Assembly (NCBI GenBank): GCA_964016885.1
Contig: OZ024743.1
Span: forward strand, 118,048,001 to 118,112,000
Source: Eledone cirrhosa
Lineage: Eukaryota
DNA: 64,000 nt
Reading direction: 5' to 3'
Both the position numbers and the translations under genes were made by a program. Positions within the stretch are counted from its first letter, which is position 1, and the number at the start of each line of letters is the position of its first letter. The notes below the pieces were generated by a model. It did no database searches and had not been told where the DNA came from. It saw nothing but the letters and a program-made list of their open reading frames with translations. Below are positions 56,771-64,000 of this stretch, one piece after another.

Positions 56771-57639
56771 GAGGTTATATTTAATTTGTTGGGATTCAAT
56801 AAGCTTAAACATTTTTAACAGATTAGTGGAGTAAATACACAATATGTTAATAAATGGAAACTATATTTATAAAACCATATTTATTTTGTTATATATATTT
56901 CAACGGCAACCAAGGCAAATTATGGACCGCTTTCATCAGATAAAATATAGATTTGTTTCATAAATAAATATTGACATACCCGAAAAAAAAAAGATAACCT
57001 TAACGGTTGGAGCTTCCTGGATAGTGGAGATAATATTTTATTGAGGGTAATACAAAGATATGAGTGAGTATGCACATGAGTGTCCTAAAAGTTGAAAAGA
57101 TAACGGTTTATTTAAATTAAACTCTTGGAAGAAGAGGATATGTAAGGGAGAGAGAAGAAAAGGAATGAGAAAGAGAGAAGAAGAAAGAAAGAACGATTAT
57201 GCATAATGATAGTGAAGATAATCAAAGTGAACGAGAAAATAAATTTTAATGGAAGAAAATACAGAACGTAGATATACCTAAGTGAAAGAAGAAGTGAAAG
57301 AAGAAATAAGATTAATGCGGAAGAATAATATCTTGAATGTAGGGTTCATTACGTTGTGATTATAATATTTATAATGATAAGTTGAAAATTAAATAAAAAT
57401 AAAAATTAAAAATTAAAAATTAAAAATCAAAATTAAAGATTAAAATTTACTTTAAACTTTAAACATCGTTTAAAATCAACTTTTATATATATATATAAAA
57501 TGTAATATATGGTTAATATCCTTTACATAACGTTTTCTATATCCAACCACCTACAACTTCTTCCCTCAGATTATACCTATATATGATTCATATATATATT
57601 TAATTTACTTTCTATTATCTCTACTTCATAAATATCATT

Positions 57640-60600
57640 ATCTATAAAAGGCAGATTGTTATTGTTGTGTGTGTGTGCGCATGTTCCATGTTTATACATT
57701 TGCACAATTTCAAACTGATTCGACTCAATGTCTGTAAGAAAGTTCTGAATGGTCTAACTTAGGTCAACGACTATTTATTTATTTCTAACTCACCCACAAT
57801 TACGGAAATAATCGATAAAACTAAATACATGACGCATTACCCCTCTAATACAATCTGATTTACTCCCCCTAACTTCCATACATACTGCAACCTTCTCTTA
57901 TATACGCTTATAAACCCACTCCTTAATATTTTCCTTTAGAGAGAGAGAAAAAATAAAAGAGGTAGCCAGAGAGTGAGAGACAGAGACAAACGTTAAATAC
58001 ATGACGCTTACATCTCTTATATACGCTTATAAACCCACTCCTTAATAATTTCACACAATTACATTTTGTGTATAACATATTTACATGTTTATTGAGTGAA
58101 AAAAAAACCACATAGGGATTTCTGGCCAAACAACTTCACATTGCTGACAGAAGCGCGCTTTAAACAAACTATGAGTTATTTATTTTTTTCCTGTAAGAAT
58201 GTTGTCAACGACTATTTATTTATTTCAAAATCACCCACAATTACGGAAATAATTTCCTCTCTCTACTCCACATAAAAATCGAAAAAAAATAATACATGCT
58301 CACACGCAATTACATTTTGTGTATAACATATTTACACGTTTATTGAGTGAAAAAAAGAACCACATAGGGATTTTTGGCCAAACAACTTCAAATTGCTGAC
58401 AGAAGCGCGCTTTCAACAAACTGTGAGTTATTTATTTGCCGTTCGTTCACCCATTTTTTCCTCTGCGAAACGCAGACAATTTTCAGCCTGATACTTTCAA
58501 AAGCCATTTTGCTGTAGAAGTAACTTTCACCCTTTCTTTTTCACATAAAATGCCACCTAAAAGGAGAAGTCGCCTCGGTCGCCATACCGCGTCAGAGGCG
58601 GAGCAGAGGGTGATTACAGCAAAGGAGTCCCCCGAGGAAACTGCTTTAAAACTTTCACAGAGCGCCTTACATTCAGCGGAATGCAGAGCTGCTGAAAGTT
58701 TTCAACAACGCACCGCACGCCTAGCCAAGATGGCTTCATACGACGCCTCGAGACGTGCTGCGATGTGCGATTCAGAGCGGGCGATACGTCATTCCCCTAA
58801 AACGCTTCTACTGCTGCTTCTAGGGCTTCAGAGGGCCCGGAACAAAGGGCGGCTCGACTGACTAGAAACGCTACGGCTACTGCTGCTTCCAGGGCCTTGG
58901 AAGGTTTCGAACGGCGGACGAATCGCCTTGCTAGGAACGTTGCGGCTATGACTGCTTCCATGGCTTCTGAAGATGCAGACGGGCGCTCCATTAGGATTGC
59001 AAGGGTGGCTTCTGCTACTGCTGCGAGAGCTTCTCACGACCCACAGGAGCAACATTCTACGTTGGAGCGGAACAGTCGACGACAAGAAGCTGCCCGCGGT
59101 GTGACGAGCCTCAACAGCCCATACTGGCACCTACGGGCTTTCAAGTATGAGCCCAACGTTAACTACTCGATGCGTGCTGACATAAATATAGGGGGAATGC
59201 GCTTCAATTGCACATTCTGCAATGCTAAAAAGTGGGCTGGCGAGCCACCTGCAATGTGCTGCCTAAACGGTAAGGTCAGCTTGCCCCCTCTTGGGGAACC
59301 ACCAGAGCCTTTGAAGGAACTACTTACTGGTTCTACCTCAAGGTCATCCGAATTCCTTCAACTCATCAGGAAGTACAATTGTGCGTTTCAAATGACTTCT
59401 TTCGGGGCTAACGTTGTCAGAGAAAGTGGTTGGATGCCTACATTCAAGGTCCAGGGGCAGGTGCACCATCTTATTGGGTCGCTCCAGCCACTACAAAATT
59501 GCAAGCCTTCGTTCCTTCAAATTTACTTCATTTTTAACTACAGTAGGCAAGTTGATGCGCGGTTCGGCGTTATTCCAACACCTGCAAACACTGACTCTGA
59601 CACTTTTGAAAGGGACGTGCTGCTCGGTCTTCAAAACATGCTTCATGAGCACAACAGTTATATTCGCAGTTTCAAATACGCATTGGAAACAAATCCTTCA
59701 CCAAATTTCACCATTGCCATCGATGCTGACAAAAGACCTTCTGGTGAGCACACACGCCGTTATAACGCTCCTTCGTGCAATGAAGTGGCCGTAGTTATCC
59801 ATGGTGAACAGCACAATAAGCGAGACATAGTTCTTCAAAGTCGTGACAGTGGTCTTCGACGTATTAATGAGACGCATCGTTCATACGACGCCCTGCAGTA
59901 TCCCCTTCTTTTTGCATACGGAGAAGATGGGTACAATTTCGGCATTCCTCAGCGCAAACCAAACGAGCCCACTGCTGCGACATCTAAAACTGTTTCATGC
60001 ATGGCTTTATACTCATACCGCTTAATGACGAGGCCTAACGATTTCAGCACCCTGCACAGGTCACGGGAACTGTTTCACCAGTTTGCAGTTGACATGGCTG
60101 CAAAGATGGAGTCGGAGAGACTGTGCTTCATAAAATTGAATCAGAAGCAGCTGCGCTCAGACTCCTACATCCATTTTCGTGACGGCATCAGGAATGACAC
60201 TGACCCCCGGAACATCGGCAAAATGTCCATTCTCCCCTCAACCTATACGGGGGGGGGGGGTACATGCACGAGCGAACAGAGGACGCTATGACGTTCGTTC
60301 GGCATTATGGACGCCCCGATTTATTCATCACGTTTACGTGTAACCCCAAGTGGGTTGAGGTTACGCGGGAACTTATCCCAGGGCAGCAGTACTGCCATCG
60401 GCATGATACTATTGCCAGGGTTTTCAGGCAGAAGCTGGCTAAGCTAATTGATGTAATAAAAAAGGGAAGGTTTTCGGGCCTGTTATGTGCCACATGTATG
60501 CTGTTGAGTGGCAGAAGAGAGGGTTGCCACACGCGCACATTTTGTTTTGGTTGGTCACCAAAATAGACCCTACAGTTATAGATGACGTAATCGCAGCAGA

Positions 60601-62362
60601 AATACCGGACCCCGTTGTTGACCGGCAACTGTACGACATTGTGAAGGCACACATGGTGCACGGTCCGTGCGGTCCTGGTTTTCAAGAGTTCATTTCATGC
60701 CACAAGGACCATGTGTGCACTAAACGATACCCAAAGAGGTTTGTTGAGGAGACTTAGACCGGCGGCGACGGATAGCCACTGTACAGACGAAGGCGGCCTG
60801 AGAACGGTGGATTCACTATGACGTTACGAGGTCATCAAGTTGATAATAGGTGGGTGGTCCCGTACTGTCCATTTCTGATGAAAACTTTCAACGCTCATAT
60901 AAATGTGGTGTTCTGTCATTCAATGAAGTCGATAAAGTACATATCTAAATATGTTAACAAGGGTTCTGACGCTGCCATGTTCGGCCGTCAAAACGACAAT
61001 AGCAGGGACGAGGTCTCGGAGTACTTGGCAGATCGATATATCAGCAGTGGTGAAGCTTTTTGGCGGATATTCGGGTTTCCACTTCACCAAAGGCACCCCG
61101 CCATCATACAACTAGCGGTTCATTTGGAAAACGGCCAGCGGGCTTACTTTAGTGAATAGACTGCTGCTCATTTGGCGACCAATCCAAAAGAAACAACTTT
61201 GACTGTTTTTTTTACGCTTTGCCAACTTGACACATTTGCAAAAACACTTTCATATCTTCAGGTCCCGTCCTACTACGTGTGGCCAAACAACACTTGGGTG
61301 CGTAGGAAATCAGGTCAGGATGTTGAAGGACATCCTGGTGTCAAGTTTGACAGTTGTCTAGGAAGAGTGTAAACTGTACCTCCCAACCAGCATGAGTGTT
61401 GTCACCTGCGCCTTCTCCTCCATGAGGTTTTTGGCCCACAAAGCTTTCGAGACATAAGAACTGTTGACGGTAAATTATGTGATACTTTCCGGGAAGCCTG
61501 CTTTAGGCGTGGCCTTTTGGAGGATGATTCACAATGGGGCGCCACTATGGCAGAGGGTGTTATGTTGAAATCTCCTAAAAGACTAAGATCGCTTTTCGCT
61601 ATTCTACTCATATGGTGCGACTTGGGTGATCCGGCCTCTTTATGGCTTAGCTACAAAGATTACATGTCTGAAGATTTCCTGCGTCACGCTCAGTTGCTAA
61701 ACCCATCGATGGAGGTCGGGTACAGTAACCTCATTTACAACAAGGCGCTGTTTGAAATCGAAGATACTGTTCTCAATATGGGCGGTAGTGCGTTGCGTTG
61801 GCTGTGTATGGCCTACCTTCAACAAACCAGGAAGGCGCAAACACTCTGTCTTCGAATTTGCTACGTGAGACATCTTATAATGTTGACGAGCTTGACCAGT
61901 ACATAGCGTAGAATGAGACAAAGCTCCTTCCAGAACAGAAATTCGCTTACAATAACGTTGTTAATTCTGTCCTGGGCAAAGCTGTAGGGATTTTCTTCCT
62001 GGACGCTCCTGGGGGGACTGGGAAAACTTTTGTCACCAAATTAATATTAGCAGAGATTAGGCGAACAGAAAGCATTACCTTAGATGTGGCATCATCTGGA
62101 ATTGCAGTTACTTTCTTGCCGGGCGGCAGGACAGCTCACTCCTATTTCAAGCTCCCGCTTGACTTAGCGAAGACTGAGACACCCACTTTCAACATCAGTA
62201 AGAGCTCAGATCAGGCAGAAGTGTTCAGACGATGCAAGCTTATCGTTTGGGACGAATGCACGATGGCCCACAGAGGTGCTCTTGAGGCGCTAGATAGAAC
62301 TCTGAGAGACATCAAAGACACTACGACTCCAATGGGAGGCATAACACTTCTTCTTTCAGGGG
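57640..62362 (+). mobile_element. Second Helitron family member (3'-truncated), with a duplicated 5' non-coding region
   Basis: TCTATAAAAGGCAGA Helitron-like start; RepHel homology runs to about 62362; no 3' hairpin-CTAG found. Confidence 0.85.
58550..62362 (+). pseudogene. Helitron RepHel pseudogene (23-aa repeats, Zn-finger, HUH Rep, PIF1 helicase motifs I-II)
   Basis: MPPKRRSR start; CTFCNAKKW..CCLNGK; YDALQYPL; DLFITFTCNPKW; EWQKRGLPHAHIL; KYISKYVNKG; FLDAPGGTGKTF; GGRTAHSYFKLP; LIVWDECTM; stops and frameshifts present. Confidence 0.97.
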
Positions 62363-62905
62363 AGCATCGAAAACACTACCCGAAAAGGAGAACTGGTCAA
62401 CATCATCGGATGCTTCCGAAGCCGCAGGTGTTTTTTTTTTCAGAGTTTACCTCTCGTAGAAAGGTATTTTGACAACAACTGGGGGCTTTTCACTCAGAGG
62501 TGAAAAAAAGTACTATTTGGATGGCTCTCTGTGCTTTCAGTTTAGTAGGAATTCGTAACGTGATGCAAGCGGTTAGACGCAAGATCCCACTCATTCTTCA
62601 GAAAGATACCCCGCCCAATTACTTTAGAAATTATCAGAAGCAACAACTAATCTATATTGAATATTAAAATATTTGTCTTACTTTCCATTGATTTTTCTTT
62701 TGTATATCACGTCTACCGCTCAGTCATTCATTTTTCAATGCTTTTCTCTTATGCACACACACACTTATGCATAAACACTCAACATAAAAAGAGATGCGTA
62801 TTGCACATACACTTAGTGAAATTGACGCATATACTTACTTATTCACACATAATGGAATGTATGTGAGAATATAACTTTGTGTCCCCATTTGTAAAGATAC
62901 AGACG

Positions 62906-62936
<31 letters not shown>

Positions 62937-64000
62937 GGATGTATATATATATATGTGTGTGTGTGTGCGTTTCTGTATGTGCGTCATTGCGCGCGTGTGA
63001 GTGTGTGTGTGTAGAATTTCCCAATAATATATATTATTTAATAGGAATTAAGATCAAAATTATGTTTGGCATTAGGGCTCAATATTAGAATGAGGTTCGA
63101 CATGAAATGCTACAATCTTATTTTCACGGTTCGTTTCACTATAATGGATTTTGGTATATATATCATTTATATTCTTTACTTCCATTTGCTATTTGATTTT
63201 TTATCTTGTCAATCAATTGAAAACAGCACACCCAAACACATACACACACGTGTATGTGTGTGTAAAAATGTATAAGTACACCTACAGCAAAAGTATTAAT
63301 AACAGAAGTACGTTCAACAAGTAACAATAATACGTTTTTTTATTGACAACAAACAAAAATAATTTTTATAAAAAATATCAATTATAATAATAGCAACAAC
63401 AATGTTTACAATAATAATCTATAATCTAAGTTTTAATAATTGCAATTGCGATTACATTATTTTTTATCATTATTGGCTGTCACTCGTGTCCATCATGAAG
63501 AAAGTACTTCTGCTCGCCTTTCACAGACTATACCAGGCAGTTTTTCCTCTTGTCAGCCTTGTATGGCAAACGTGGCAATGTGGTGGACAGAAACGATATT
63601 ACTGGGGACAATCAGAGCTTTTCCTCCCCAGCCAAGTACTTATCGACATAAGAGCTACTTAAAGAATATATTCATGGTGAGGTGTCACAATAAATGCGGA
63701 AAGGTTTGGGAGAGTGGTGAGGATAGTGAGAGTGAACTGAATGTGTCTTTTCTACCACAGACACTGTTGGCCAGATACCACATTGAGAAAAGAATAGCAC
63801 TTACTTGCCCTCGGTAATGTGTGTAACCCAAATCAGTAGAATATCTCTGATTGGCTCTAGTTTATTCCTGTATGGGTAAATCATTAGAGCTCTAAGAATT
63901 CCACCACAATACCTAGTACTTTATGTATCTGCTAAGAAAAGATATAATGATTTGAACTCAGAACACTGAGATCCGGAACAAATTACGCGAAGTATTTTGT

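Noticed and set aside
58897-60291. Functional or domesticated host gene (464-aa ORF)
   Set aside because: It is one open stretch of a Helitron RepHel that is frameshifted on both sides and has downstream stops
63402-63817. Host exon or gene fragment
   Set aside because: Overlapping short ORFs with no recognisable domain or supported splice structure

Overview
This is AT-rich eukaryotic, repeat-dominated DNA. The SINE family resembles the Nin-domain tRNA-derived SINEs I recall from octopod cephalopods, so that origin is an inference. I found no supportable host protein-coding gene. Almost all ORFs in the track are translations of (AT)n/(CA)n/(GAA)n microsatellites or of decayed transposons. 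Recognisable content: (1) two distinct decayed autonomous Helitrons (Rep HUH + PIF1 helicase) plus non-autonomous Helitron-like pieces; (2) two Penelope-like (GIY-YIG) retroelements and several PLE-like fragments sitting in (AT)n tracts; (3) Tx1/L1-like, RTE, R4/Dong-like and CRE-like LINE remnants; (4) mariner and Tc1 remnants and several MITEs; (5) about 15 copies of a Nin-domain-type SINE and one CORE-type SINE. The most interesting signal is a set of minimal type-I hammerhead ribozyme (HHR) motifs associated with (AT)n-embedded elements. These include a near-canonical pair in a head-to-head inverted duplication (30967-31329) and an atypical-core HHR-like motif whose stem II covaries between the two Penelope-like copies (8254-8291 and 54200-54233). 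All calls were made by eye and element boundaries are approximate.
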